The notes under the pieces: generated by a model
The model's database searches: none
Told to the model about the DNA's origin: nothing
What the model saw: only the letters and a program-made list of their open reading frames with translations
Translations under genes and position numbers: made by a program
Shown: positions 37,013-47,522 of the stretch, one piece after another
Position numbering within the stretch: the first letter of the stretch is position 1
How the letters are laid out: the number at the start of each line of letters is the position of its first letter
Source of the DNA: a candidate division FCPU426 bacterium
GTDB lineage: Bacteria > Oederibacteriota > Muellerivitia > Muellerivitales > Muellerivitaceae
NCBI GenBank assembly: GCA_963771075.1
Contig: CAVYSE010000018.1
Span: 220,558 to 284,557, forward strand
Direction of reading: 5' to 3'
DNA: 64,000 nucleotides

Positions 37013-40000
37013 ATGAACAAGTTAAAACCCTTTTTATACGGCGTAATTTTGGTTGGGTTTTCCCCGGCGCTTTACGCGGCGGCCGTTACCTTTACGGTCG
37101 ATCCGACCCAAAACAATAGCCCCATCTCCCCCTATATTTACGGTTCGAACAGCGCCATCACGAACGTCGCCAATACCTATTACCGGTGTGGCGGAAATCG
37201 TCTTTCCGCCTATAACTGGGAAACCAACTGGTCGAACGCCGGGAGCGACTACTATTACGAGAACGATACCCTGATGGGAAGCCTCTCCTGGGGCCCCGGG
37301 GGAACGGCGGTGACCTTTCTAAACCAAAACAAGGCCAGGGGGGCGGACTCCCTTTGGACCTTGGCGTTGGCTGGCTACGTATCCGCGAATGGCGAGACCC
37401 CCGTGCAGGTTCCAACCGCCGATTTCATGGCCGCTCCCGGGCAAACCGACCCCCACGGCAATTTCTTTCCGGTCACCTTCGTGAAGGGTTCGCCCTTCGC
37501 CGACCCGCCCAACACCGCCGACGGGGTGGTCTATATGGACGAGAGCGTCAACTACTTCGTCAACCACCTGGGCAAGGCCGGAAGCGGGGGGATCCGGTTT
37601 TACGACCTGGACAACGAGCCAGGCGCCTGGTCCGCGGTTCACCAAGAAATCCATAATTATCCCGTCAGCTACATCGAGGTCGCGACCAAGGGCATTACCG
37701 TGGCGACCCAGACGACCGCGCTGGATTCGGGCGCCCAGATCCTCGGGCCGGTCGCGGACGGCTGGTCCGACATGATCAATTTGGGCGGAGCACCCGACGC
37801 GGGAAATTACTCAGCCTATAACACCAACAACACCTGGGTGCCCTTCCTGAACTATTACCTGGCCATGTTCCAGCAGGCTTCCGCCACTGCGGGGCGGAGG
37901 CTTTTGCATTACCTGGATTGCCATGTTTACTCCGAGGGCACGGACGCCGCGGGTAGCCGAATCAACGACGCGGATGTCAGCCAGGACGCGGCCACGACCC
38001 GCATGCAGCTTCCCCGGGAAATGTGGGACCCAACCTTCACGGAGAACAACTGGATTTCCTGCTGCGTCCCCCATTATGGTCCCCTGACGCTCATCCCCCG
38101 GCTCCAGGCCGCCGTCAGCCAGTATTACCCCGGCACGAACCTGGCCTTCACGGAGTACGACTACGGGGGAGGTGGCGACATTTCGGGCGGTATCGCCCAG
38201 GCGGACTTCCTGGGCATCCTGACGAAGGTCCCGGGCACCCTAGCCTCCATTTGGGATGTGGGGGCGGGCCAGCAGTACCTCACCTGCGCCTTCAACTTTT
38301 ACCTCGACTACGACGGGTCGGGGTCCAAGTTCGGGGACACCTCCATCCTGGCCAATTCCAACAACGTGCCCGAGGCCACGGTTTACGCCGCCAAGGACAG
38401 CAGCCACCCCGACCGATTGAACGTGATCATCCTGAACAAGGATTACACCAACAACAATACCGCCAGCGTGACCCTCTCCAACCTGGGAACGGGCCAGCAA
38501 ATCGCCTCCATCCGGGCCTTCCGATTCGACTCGGCGATTTCCGTCATCACCGCCTCGACCGCGCCCTCCTTCACGGCCAACACCTTTACCGATACCCTCC
38601 CTTTTCGTTCCGCGAGCCTTTACGAGCTGACCCTCAGCCAGGGCTTCTTCACTTCCACCCCCTCGGCCACCCCGACCCTGACGGCCACCACCACCGGCAC
38701 CCAACCCACCCTTACCCGTACCCCCACGGTGACCCTGACCCCCAGCATCACTCTCACCCCTATCGCCACCCTGACGCCCACATTCACCGCCACCCAATGC
38801 GTCCAGTTGCTCAATGGCTGTGAATCCCTGACGGAGAACGGGTCCTGGTCCGGAAGCAACTCGAACCTATCCCTATCGACCACGGATGCCACCCAGCTCA
38901 CCCACAGCCTGCAGGCGGCGGTGACCAACAACCCGGCGGGTGGGTGGAACGACCAGGTTTTTAACCTTTCGGGCTTTACCCCCACCAATTGGTCGAATGT
39001 GAGCCAGCTGATGGTGGATATCAACGTGCCGGCAGGCCTGATCGGTTCCTCCTATAGCCAGTTTTACCTTTTCGCGGACTCGGCCCCAACGACCTACGAG
39101 CAGGAACTCGCCACCAACGGGGTCAACGTGGTGGCGGGCCAGAACAACAACCTGACCTTCAACATCAGCCTCACGGGGGCCTTTAACCCCAGTTCCCCCA
39201 TCACGAAGCTTTATTTTATTTACAACAACAACGCTCCCACGGGGGCCGGGACCTACGGAAGCTTTTACGTGGATAATATCCGGCTGGTGGCGGCCTGCGG
39301 GACCGCTCCCACCCCGACCTCGACGCCCAGCCGAACCGCCACACCGACCCCCAGTATGACCGGGACCCCGACGATGACCGTCTCCACCACCCCGACTTCA
39401 ACGCGTTCGCAAACACCGACCTTTTCCCCCACGGTGAGCGCTACCTGGACCGGTACGGCCACCCTTACCCCGCCCGCAAACACCGCCACGGCGACCCCGT
39501 TTAATTCCCCTACCCCCACTCGAACGATGACCCTGACCGCGACTTCCACTTTCACACCTACGGTCCCTTTCACCTGGACGGCGACGGGGACCTATACCAT
39601 GACGCCGACGGCAACCCTTTCCCCCACCCCCACAATCACCCTTACCCCGTCCCCTTCAACGACCCGAACACCCTCCGTGACTTTGAGCCCGACCGCCACC
39701 TCCACCCCAACCCTATCGCCTTCCGTCACCCAAACACCGCCATTAAGTTACACACCCACACAATCCCCCACGATCAGCCTGACGCCCACCCCGACCTCAA
39801 CGGGCACCCTCACCCGGACGCCAACGGCGACCAACACGGGAACCCCAACCTTTACCCTCACCCAGACTCCAACGGGAACCTATTCCGCCACTGCTTCACC
39901 CACAATAACCCCCTCGCCCACCCCTACTTCGACCTGGACAACCACCCCAACCAAAAGTCCCACTGGCACCATGACCCCCACGGATACCCTTTCGCCCTCG

Positions 40001-40663
40001 GCATCCTTCACCGTCACCTTGACCCCGACTTCAACGATCAGCTGGACCGCGACCTCGACCGGGACTCAAACGGAAAGCCCCACCGGGACGCCGCCGCCTA
40101 CCCTAACCCTTTCCCCCACGTCGACCGGAACGGCCACCCCGACCCTGACCCCAACCCACACCTGGTCGCCCACCTTCACCGCCACGCCTACCGGGACAAA
40201 TTCTTATACCTCGACGGCAACGCCGACAAATACACCCACCCAAACGAACAGCCCGGTTCCGGCGACCCTCACACCCAGCGCCACGCTGGTCTTTACCGGA
40301 ACCTATACCTTGACCGCGACCATTACCCCGACGGTGACCTTGAGTCCCGCTTTCACCGGGACCGCGACCCGGACGGCTACGCCGGTTCTATTGCCGCAGT
40401 CCCAACCAGTGCTCTATCCCAACCCCGCCCTTGGAAACACGGTCAATCTGTCGATTCCCTATGGAGGAAACGTGCAGGTGGTGGTTTACACCCTGGCGTT
40501 CCGAAAGGTGATTCACATGAACCTTTCCCAACAAGTTCCCGGAGGGGTGGTGGTCTTAAGCCTGACGGATGATTGGGGTAAGCCCATTTCCGACGGCCTT
40601 TATTACGTGGTGGTCACGGGGCAGGGAAAAAGGTGGCTTGGGAAATTGCTCGTCCTGAGATAA
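37013..40663 (+). CDS. GH44 glycoside hydrolase + CBM-like domain + stalk + T9SS-like CTD
   Basis: GGNRLSAYNWETNWSNAGSD, LDNEP, FTEYDYGGG; CBM-like ...YVDNIRL; same CTD. Confidence 0.9.
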   Translation: MNKLKPFLYGVILVGFSPALYAAAVTFTVDPTQNNSPISPYIYGSNSAITNVANTYYRCGGNRLSAYNWETNWSNAGSDYYYENDTLMGSLSWGPGGTAVTFLNQNKARGADSLWTLALAGYVSANGETPVQVPTADFMAAPGQTDPHGNFFPVTFVKGSPFADPPNTADGVVYMDESVNYFVNHLGKAGSGGIRFYDLDNEPGAWSAVHQEIHNYPVSYIEVATKGITVATQTTALDSGAQILGPVADGWSDMINLGGAPDAGNYSAYNTNNTWVPFLNYYLAMFQQASATAGRRLLHYLDCHVYSEGTDAAGSRINDADVSQDAATTRMQLPREMWDPTFTENNWISCCVPHYGPLTLIPRLQAAVSQYYPGTNLAFTEYDYGGGGDISGGIAQADFLGILTKVPGTLASIWDVGAGQQYLTCAFNFYLDYDGSGSKFGDTSILANSNNVPEATVYAAKDSSHPDRLNVIILNKDYTNNNTASVTLSNLGTGQQIASIRAFRFDSAISVITASTAPSFTANTFTDTLPFRSASLYELTLSQGFFTSTPSATPTLTATTTGTQPTLTRTPTVTLTPSITLTPIATLTPTFTATQCVQLLNGCESLTENGSWSGSNSNLSLSTTDATQLTHSLQAAVTNNPAGGWNDQVFNLSGFTPTNWSNVSQLMVDINVPAGLIGSSYSQFYLFADSAPTTYEQELATNGVNVVAGQNNNLTFNISLTGAFNPSSPITKLYFIYNNNAPTGAGTYGSFYVDNIRLVAACGTAPTPTSTPSRTATPTPSMTGTPTMTVSTTPTSTRSQTPTFSPTVSATWTGTATLTPPANTATATPFNSPTPTRTMTLTATSTFTPTVPFTWTATGTYTMTPTATLSPTPTITLTPSPSTTRTPSVTLSPTATSTPTLSPSVTQTPPLSYTPTQSPTISLTPTPTSTGTLTRTPTATNTGTPTFTLTQTPTGTYSATASPTITPSPTPTSTWTTTPTKSPTGTMTPTDTLSPSASFTVTLTPTSTISWTATSTGTQTESPTGTPPPTLTLSPTSTGTATPTLTPTHTWSPTFTATPTGTNSYTSTATPTNTPTQTNSPVPATLTPSATLVFTGTYTLTATITPTVTLSPAFTGTATRTATPVLLPQSQPVLYPNPALGNTVNLSIPYGGNVQVVVYTLAFRKVIHMNLSQQVPGGVVVLSLTDDWGKPISDGLYYVVVTGQGKRWLGKLLVLR

Positions 40664-40731
40664 AAATTTCGGTCCGCAAGTTATTCTTTGTTTTTCTTTG
40701 GTAAAAGGCATGGTTTTCATTCCACCTTCAT

Positions 40732-40759
40732 TAAAATTCGTGCGCCGGTTAGCCGATAA
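40732..40759 (+). promoter_or_regulatory. Sigma28 (FliA/SigD)-type promoter
   Basis: TAAA-N16-GCCGATAA. Confidence 0.65.
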
Positions 40760-40769
40760 AGAGTTAAAA

Positions 40770-41170
40770 TAGGGTTGTAGGAAGGGTTCCGAGGGTAGCG
40801 CCCATGGGCGCGGCGGGGACTTAAGGTCCCAAACCGATAGGGAACCCGGTCGCCGAAAGCCGGATGACTGGAAAGGGTTTCAAAGTGGGCACCCTCTGGG
40901 GTGCGGCGGGAACTGAGGTTCCAAAGCGCGGAAAACCCGGCCTGGTTGGTTCGGTGGACTCTTGAAGAGTGGTTGTGGTTTGCGAAGTTTGTTTTTGAAG
41001 TGAAACGGGTAGGAGTTAGTACAATCGTCGGAAGGGTTCAAGGGTTACGCCGAATGGCGCGGGGCAAAGGCCCAAAACCAAGTAAGAATCCTGCTGAAGA
41101 TATTGCTAGTGTAGAGGGAAGGTCGCAGTGAAGTCGGCCCTGGGGCGCCTGCCGGCCCCGGGGCTTTTTT
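40770..41170 (+). ncRNA. Candidate ~400-nt ncRNA with three structured repeats
   Basis: Promoter upstream, terminator downstream, no credible ORF, covarying stems in units 40780-40847, 40870-40938 and 41030-41092. Confidence 0.6.
41137..41170 (+). terminator. Intrinsic terminator
   Basis: GCCCTGGGGC/GCCCCGGGGC stem followed by T6. Confidence 0.8.
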
Positions 41171-41355
41171 ATTTCTGGGCACCCATCCTGAATGAACTGT
41201 TGTAGGACCTTATTAACATCCGCTCCAACTCAAACCTAGGAATTCAGGGCAAATGGGTTGAACGTTTTTGGGGGCCAAGCCTCGCAAATAATAGAGATTG
41301 TTCCTCTATATTGATCTTCGGCGAGTTTTGGTCCTGTCGGTAAAGCGCTGGACCC

Positions 41356-41892
41356 TTAAATGAACTTGTGGCGGATCGTCAGGTTCAAGGCCACGAAGAG
41401 GCCAAGCGCGCATTCCATCCCGAAGGCGATGAACAGCCGTTTTCGGATTTGGGGGTCTGGCGAGAAGATGGCAGATAAAAAGTCGAAGGGTGCCAGGAAA
41501 ATCACCGCGAAAATGCGGACGATGACTAGAAACAAGAATAGGTCCACGGGAACGTTTTTCATCACGGCCTCCATTGGGAGAAGCAAATTCAGGGTGACCC
41601 CGGCTATCTCCATCAAGGGTCCGGTGGCCGCCAGCCCCAGCACGGCCCAGGAATAACCGCGCCAGAACCAGGGGGCCTTTCGGAGAAAGAAGAGCGCCAA
41701 GAGGGTGGGAAACAGGGCGGCGACGCCCGAGACCTCAAAAAAGAGAATGGCCGAGCCTTCGGCGTACATCCCGGAAGATTGGTTGGCCCAGGCCGGGGCG
41801 AACCGTTCATGCAGGTCCTCAACTAGCAGGCCTAGCCCAAGCGCCGCTACATAACCCAACAGGACTAGAGCCACTTTGAAGGTTGTTTTCAT
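41356..41892 (-). CDS. Integral membrane hypothetical protein
   Basis: About five hydrophobic helices. Confidence 0.75.
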   Translation of the reverse strand: MKTTFKVALVLLGYVAALGLGLLVEDLHERFAPAWANQSSGMYAEGSAILFFEVSGVAALFPTLLALFFLRKAPWFWRGYSWAVLGLAATGPLMEIAGVTLNLLLPMEAVMKNVPVDLFLFLVIVRIFAVIFLAPFDFLSAIFSPDPQIRKRLFIAFGMECALGLFVALNLTIRHKFI

Positions 41893-42386
41893 GGGTCCAA
41901 TTTAGCGCAAAAAGGGGAGCGGGAGCGTCTGTTTTTTAGTAACCGGGATGGCTAGATGGGTACTCGTAAACCAAGGTGATCAAAATGAATCAGATCGATT
42001 TACACGAAAGGGGAACGCCATAACTGTTCAGGGAACGGTAAAGCAACCTCAACACGAGGTACTATTAAAGTAAAGAAATAAAATTTTTACCACCAAGGCA
42101 CTAAGAAAAACTCGTGTTTTGATGCCGATAAAACCAAAAAGAAATGTTTAGAGAAAATCTTGAAGTGGCGGCTGCTCCAGGTTTTTTCATTTTTTGGTCT
42201 TGCTCTCTCGTACGACCTAGCTTCTGAAACGGCATAATTCCCGCGGGAAAACAAACCCACGGCGCCAATTTCAACAATAAAGCCCCGTAAAATTATCTCC
42301 AGTATGATTTCCGTCAAATTAACCTTGGCTTCATGGGGTTACACTTATGCTTCCTGTAAACCATTCCATCCGAAGAGGAGAACTCC

Positions 42387-43049
42387 ATGCAATTCATTCT
42401 TTTGGGCGAGCCGGGGGCTGGGAAGGGAACCTATTCGGCGGTTTTGATTAAGAAATTCCAAATCCCCCAGGTTTCCACCGGCGATATCCTTCGCGCGGCG
42501 GTCAAGGCGGGCACGCCCTTGGGATTGAAAGCCCAGGAGTTCATGAAAAAGGGAGAACTGGTCCCCGATGAGGTGGTGATCGGACTGGTGCGGGAGCGGC
42601 TCAAGGAAGCCGACGCGGCCAAGGGGTTCATCCTGGACGGCTTTCCCCGCACGATACCCCAGGCCCAGACTTTGGAAGGGATCTTGAACGAGCTGGGAAA
42701 GCCGGTGAACGCGGTTTTGAAAATCGAGGTCAGCCGGGAAACTTTGATCGAGCGATTGACCGGGCGCCGGTCCTGCAAGGTCTGCGGGACGGGATACAAC
42801 GTCAATACCGGGTTGGCCCCGAAGAAAGACGGTGTTTGCGACAAGTGCGGCGGGGAAGTGATCCAGCGGGCGGATGACAACCGGGCCACCATCGAGAACC
42901 GCTTGAACGTGTACACCAAAGACACCGCTCCCCTGGTGGAATTTTACGAGAAGAAGGGCCTGCTCAAGCGCATCCCCTGCGAAGGGCCATTGGATGAGGT
43001 CTTGGCCCGATTTGAGAAGGCGGCCTTGGGGGCCGTGGGCCGGGCTTAG
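42387..43049 (+). CDS. adk: Adenylate kinase (Zn-LID type)
   Basis: GEPGAGKGT, STGDILR, ILDGFPRT, CxxC...CxxC LID, QRADD. Confidence 0.98.
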   Translation: MQFILLGEPGAGKGTYSAVLIKKFQIPQVSTGDILRAAVKAGTPLGLKAQEFMKKGELVPDEVVIGLVRERLKEADAAKGFILDGFPRTIPQAQTLEGILNELGKPVNAVLKIEVSRETLIERLTGRRSCKVCGTGYNVNTGLAPKKDGVCDKCGGEVIQRADDNRATIENRLNVYTKDTAPLVEFYEKKGLLKRIPCEGPLDEVLARFEKAALGAVGRA

Positions 43050-43068
43050 AGGCGCCGACAAAACCTTT

Positions 43069-43181
43069 TTCACCACCCAGGCACACAGGCATCAAGATAG
43101 GCCAAATTAAAATTTGGTTTACACCCTGGATTGCATGTTTGTTATTCCAAGTTCTTGGTGCAATTGTGTCTTGGCGGTGAA
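43069..43181. repeat. Imperfect 29-bp inverted repeat downstream of adk
   Basis: TTCACCACCCAGGCACA...GCATCAAGA pairs with TCTTGGTGC...TGTGTCTTGGCGGTGAA. Confidence 0.6.
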
Positions 43182-43409
43182 TTCTTGATCTTGTTGAGAG
43201 TTCTTGTTTGTTTTTGTATTTGTTTATTTCTTGTCTGGTTTCCTTGAGAACCTACCTTTGATGACGGAATGCCCTGTATACGCCAAGGCAAAACCCGTTT
43301 TTAACATGACCATAGTCATAAATTTTTAAGCCTTAGGACCAATATCATGGCCTGTCGTGATGTCCGCCGGATTCTGCCGGTTGATCTTACTTAATAAGGG
43401 GAGTTCCCG

Positions 43410-45653
43410 ATGACGACTGAAACGAAAACCGCGCCCGCGCCCGTACTCCAGACCCTCCCGGGGGACGACATCCGCCAGGTCATGTGGCGCTACAGCGACC
43501 GGTTCGACATCCAAATGCTGGTCCAGTCCTCCCGGTCTGTCGCCCGGGGCCCGGTCGCCCGGCTGGTGACGGCCGGCGCGCGAAATTCCCACGAGTGGAC
43601 GGAGGCCAAAAATTCACTGCTGAAGGCCTATGACGATTCGGGGATCACCGCGGCCTTCCTCGACCCCGAACACGGCGGCCTATTCGCTGGCCCCAAAAAC
43701 CTGGCCATGGCCCTGGTAGCCTTTGAGCTCGCCTGGGTGGACGGCGGTGCCGCCACCGCTTCCTTGGCCGGTAATTTGGGATTGGCCCCCATTCACGAGG
43801 TGGGCACCCCCGAGCAAGTGGCTCGCTACATGACCCAAGCCGCGCCCGCCAAGGAGGGCGAGAACCGCAAGACCCTGCGTGCCGCTTTCGCCCTGACTGA
43901 GCCCCTGCCCTACGTGGGGGTGGAGACGGGGCTTTTGTGCGGCAAGGTGCGGGTGGCGGAATGGAAAGACGGGCAGGAACCCATGTTGGAGATCGACAAG
44001 CGGGGCCGGTTCATCACCAACATGGATTACGCGAACTTGGTCACCGCCGCAGTGGATACCGACGACAAGCGAATTAAAAGCTCCTGCATGGTCATTTTGG
44101 AGGAGGGCGACCCGGGCGTGTTCGACCGGGGAACCGCCACCAAGAAACTGGTACACCAGCTTTCCTCAACGCGCGATCCCAACTTCCAAATGAAGGTTCC
44201 CGCCTCCCGCATCGTGGGGGGATACACCGTCAAGGACGGGGTGATCGTTCCCCACTACACCCACGGGGAGGTGATCGAGGCGGTTTTCAAGCGCACCCGC
44301 GTGACCGTGGGGCTCATGACCGCGGCCAAGCTTCTCTCGGCGGTCGAGCCGGTGATCCGCTACCACCGCCAGCGCTTCCGCGGAGGCGCCACGGCGAACC
44401 CGGGCACGCCGCGATATGAATTGGGAATCCAATCCAAGCAGGACGCCCTGCACCGGCTGGTCGATATCTGGGCCATGGGCGAGGCAGGAGCTTCCTTGGG
44501 GTTCGAGACCGAGCGCCTTTACGACCAACTCGACCCCTTGGAAAGGAAAAAGAACCAGATATTTAAAGAAAAGGGGGTCACGGGAGCCCGCGCCCAGATG
44601 AGGGAGATGGCCAAGGTGGAGGAAAAGGCCCTGGAGTACCTCCGGCTCTCCAAACTGCCCCTGGAAGGGGAAGGAAAGAAAAAATGGGAGTCGCTTGAAC
44701 AAGATACCCTGGTTCAATTCGCCATCCTGGAATCGGCCGCCAACGTGCTTTGTCCCGCCACCAAGTTGTGGAACACGGGCCAGGGCGCCAACGTCATGCG
44801 AGAAGCCGTCAGCCTCATGGGAGGTTACGGCATCACCGAGGATTGCCCGGGTTTCCTGGGCCACAAGTGGATGGACGCTCAGTTGGAAGCCACCTACGAG
44901 GGGCCCGAGGCCGTCCAAAGGCGCCAGCTTTCCATCACCATGATCCAGCCCCTGTTCCTGGAACAATACAAACAGTGGATCCGGGACATGAAGGCGGTCG
45001 CCGCGACCCGCCCCGAGACCGGCGCCTGCGCGCTGGGAAGCGCCATGCAATTGTGGCTGTGGACCCTGGAGCATCTCCAGCGTTCCACCGACGCCGAGGG
45101 CGCCAAGCTTTACCACTCCAACCGCCAGGGAGTGACCTTCCCCATGGCAGACGCCCTTTGCTGGGTCCTCGCGTCGCGCTCCCAGGTCATGGACCTGTTG
45201 GAACTGGAGGAGAAGGGGAAGAACAATCCCGCCCTAGCGGAATCCCTGCCGGGTACCCTCGCCTTCCTGCGGGACCTCTGCCATGTCCAGGCGGCCCGCG
45301 CCTCGGGCGAGGCCTCCCGAATCTGCGCCGAGCTGGTATTCGGATACAACCAGCACCCGGATTGGAGCGAGCAAGGCTGCCAGGCTTGCTACAGCGAGCT
45401 GGAATTGGACGGGTTGGAAGGCGTCATCCCCGGCATCGAGGGAGGGGCCTACGGCCGGGTCGACGTGTTGGACCGGGAAAACCACCCGCCCCTGAAGCGG
45501 GGGCCCTGCGTCAAACTGTCGGGGCTGGAAACTTTCGTGGCCCTGCGGTCCAAACTGGACGCGTGCCTGACGGGCTGCCGGCTTTCCAAGGACCGGGCCG
45601 CCGAATCCTTGGCCAAGGTCATGATTCCCGAAGCCCTCGATTATCCCCAGTGA
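43410..45653 (+). CDS. Acyl-CoA dehydrogenase (large, C-terminally extended)
   Basis: AFALTEP, FITN, MGGYG, TYEGPEAVQ. Confidence 0.93.
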   Translation: MTTETKTAPAPVLQTLPGDDIRQVMWRYSDRFDIQMLVQSSRSVARGPVARLVTAGARNSHEWTEAKNSLLKAYDDSGITAAFLDPEHGGLFAGPKNLAMALVAFELAWVDGGAATASLAGNLGLAPIHEVGTPEQVARYMTQAAPAKEGENRKTLRAAFALTEPLPYVGVETGLLCGKVRVAEWKDGQEPMLEIDKRGRFITNMDYANLVTAAVDTDDKRIKSSCMVILEEGDPGVFDRGTATKKLVHQLSSTRDPNFQMKVPASRIVGGYTVKDGVIVPHYTHGEVIEAVFKRTRVTVGLMTAAKLLSAVEPVIRYHRQRFRGGATANPGTPRYELGIQSKQDALHRLVDIWAMGEAGASLGFETERLYDQLDPLERKKNQIFKEKGVTGARAQMREMAKVEEKALEYLRLSKLPLEGEGKKKWESLEQDTLVQFAILESAANVLCPATKLWNTGQGANVMREAVSLMGGYGITEDCPGFLGHKWMDAQLEATYEGPEAVQRRQLSITMIQPLFLEQYKQWIRDMKAVAATRPETGACALGSAMQLWLWTLEHLQRSTDAEGAKLYHSNRQGVTFPMADALCWVLASRSQVMDLLELEEKGKNNPALAESLPGTLAFLRDLCHVQAARASGEASRICAELVFGYNQHPDWSEQGCQACYSELELDGLEGVIPGIEGGAYGRVDVLDRENHPPLKRGPCVKLSGLETFVALRSKLDACLTGCRLSKDRAAESLAKVMIPEALDYPQ

Positions 45654-45662
45654 GGCGGCCGC

Positions 45663-47522
45663 TTGAACCCTGACGCGCCTATATTGCCCGAGCGGCAAGT
45701 GCTGGAGGCCGACATCCTTTGCGTCGGCTTCGGCCCCGCGACCGGAGGTTTCCTGACGACCCTGGCGAAGGGTTTGGCCAAGGAAGACGGGACCCCCGCT
45801 TTCGAGAGCCGGGTCAACCCGGGCAACCCCCTCCAGGTGCTTTGTTACGAGCGGGCGGACGACTTGGGCTACGGGGTTTCGGGCGTGGTCACCCGCGGAC
45901 GCAGCCTCAGGGCTTCCTTCCCGGGCGAGGAATTCAGCCAGCTTCCCCTTTTTTCCAAGGTGTCGGGCGAAAAGATCCTTTACCTCCTCGACCCCCATGG
46001 GGCCAGCCGCCGGCCCCCGCTAGTCAAAATGGCAGATTCGATCCTTAAACTTTTGCCCTGGGTAAGGAAAGACCTGGCCTTCGAGATTCCCTTCACACCC
46101 GATTTCTTGCATAAAAAAGACGGGTATATTTTTTCCCTCGGGCAGTTCAACCAATGGGTCGGTTCACAGGTGATGATGTCGGGTCAGGTGCAGGTTTGGC
46201 CGGGGACGCCCGTCGCCGAGGCCCTGGTGGAGAACAACCGGGTGGCCGGGGTGCGCCTGTGCGACCAGGGCGTGGATAAGACGGGACAGCCCACCGAGAA
46301 TTACCTTCCCGGAATGGACGTGAAGGCCCCCTTGACCGTGGTCGCGGATGGCCCGGTGGGGCCCATCGGCCGCCAGCTGGATCGGCAGTTCGGGACCCCG
46401 GAGGGCCATAGCGCCCACGAGTGGGCCCTGGGGATGAAGGCCGTCCTGGACCTCCCCGAGAATACCCAATTAAAACCCGGGTTCGTTTTGCATACGATGG
46501 GTTATCCCGAACCCGAGATCTTCGGCTTCCTCTATGTCTTTCCAGGCAATGTGGCGGCCGCAGGCATTTTCGTGCCTTCCTGGTTCGACAACCCCACCCG
46601 CACCGGTTACCTCTATCTCCAACATTGGATGCGGCACCCCGCCCTTTGGAAACACCTTCAAGGGGCGACCCTGCGCAGTTGGGGGGCGAAAAGCCTGCAG
46701 GAATCGGGCTTGAGGGGCGAGCCCTTTTTGGCCGGCGACGGCTATGCCCGCATCGGGGAAGGCTCGGGTTCCACCAACGTCCTGTCGAACTCGGGGGTCG
46801 ATGAGGCCTGGGCGACGGGGGTGCAGTTGGGTGAGGCGGTCTTGGAACTCCTGCAAAAGAAAAAGCCCTTTACCCGCACCGACCTGGAACAAACCTACGT
46901 CAAACGCCGCCGGGAAAGCTGGGTTTATAAGGAAGGCCAGGTGGCGGAAAGGGCCCGGGATGGTTTCCAGAAGGGTTTCGTGCAGGGGATGGCAGGCATG
47001 GCCCTTGCGGGTTTAAGCGGGGGATTGCTGAGTTGGCCCGGAAAGCCCCTGGCTCCCCATGAGCGCATTCCCAGCTTGGAGGAATATTACAAGGGGCGCC
47101 TTTCGAACGAGGCAATCGCCGCGATCCGCAAAGAATCGAAGGCCATGGGAAAACCCATCCACGAGGCCGTCATGCGGAAGATCGGCTGGCCTGAGATTCC
47201 GCTCGATGGCAAATTGCTGGTTTCCCACCAGGACGCCCTCCTGATGGGGGGCAAGGTCCAGGCTCCGCCGGGCTTTCCCGACCATGTGGTATTCCTGAAG
47301 CCTGGCGCTTGTAATCTTTGCGAGCGGAAGGTTTGCGTGGATATGTGCTCGGGCCAGGCCTTGGCCATCGCCGACCACGGCGGCGTGAGTTTTGACCGGG
47401 AAAAATGCGTGCATTGCGGGGCCTGCCTGTGGAACTGCTCCGAATTGGTGGAAAACCTCACGGGCCGGACCAACCTGGATTTCAGGGCCGGTGCCGGTGG
47501 CCTCCATTCGGCTGAGAACTAA
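45663..47522 (+). CDS. ETF:quinone oxidoreductase / FixC-like with fused ferredoxin
   Basis: VGFGPA FAD motif, LGQFNQW, C-terminal CxxCxxxxCxxxC and CVHCGAC. Confidence 0.9.
   Translation: MNPDAPILPERQVLEADILCVGFGPATGGFLTTLAKGLAKEDGTPAFESRVNPGNPLQVLCYERADDLGYGVSGVVTRGRSLRASFPGEEFSQLPLFSKVSGEKILYLLDPHGASRRPPLVKMADSILKLLPWVRKDLAFEIPFTPDFLHKKDGYIFSLGQFNQWVGSQVMMSGQVQVWPGTPVAEALVENNRVAGVRLCDQGVDKTGQPTENYLPGMDVKAPLTVVADGPVGPIGRQLDRQFGTPEGHSAHEWALGMKAVLDLPENTQLKPGFVLHTMGYPEPEIFGFLYVFPGNVAAAGIFVPSWFDNPTRTGYLYLQHWMRHPALWKHLQGATLRSWGAKSLQESGLRGEPFLAGDGYARIGEGSGSTNVLSNSGVDEAWATGVQLGEAVLELLQKKKPFTRTDLEQTYVKRRRESWVYKEGQVAERARDGFQKGFVQGMAGMALAGLSGGLLSWPGKPLAPHERIPSLEEYYKGRLSNEAIAAIRKESKAMGKPIHEAVMRKIGWPEIPLDGKLLVSHQDALLMGGKVQAPPGFPDHVVFLKPGACNLCERKVCVDMCSGQALAIADHGGVSFDREKCVHCGACLWNCSELVENLTGRTNLDFRAGAGGLHSAEN

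Noticed and set aside
40880..41030. c-di-GMP-II riboswitch (TGGGCAC and GGAGTTAGT seen)
   Set aside because: Lacks the GTGCAACC pairing partner, spacing is wrong, and no gene lies downstream.
40901..41131. 76-aa ORF within the candidate ncRNA
   Set aside because: No RBS or recognisable motif; it starts inside a covarying stem.
42124..42131. Second GCCGATAA sigma28 -10 box
   Set aside because: No TAAA at the proper spacing upstream.
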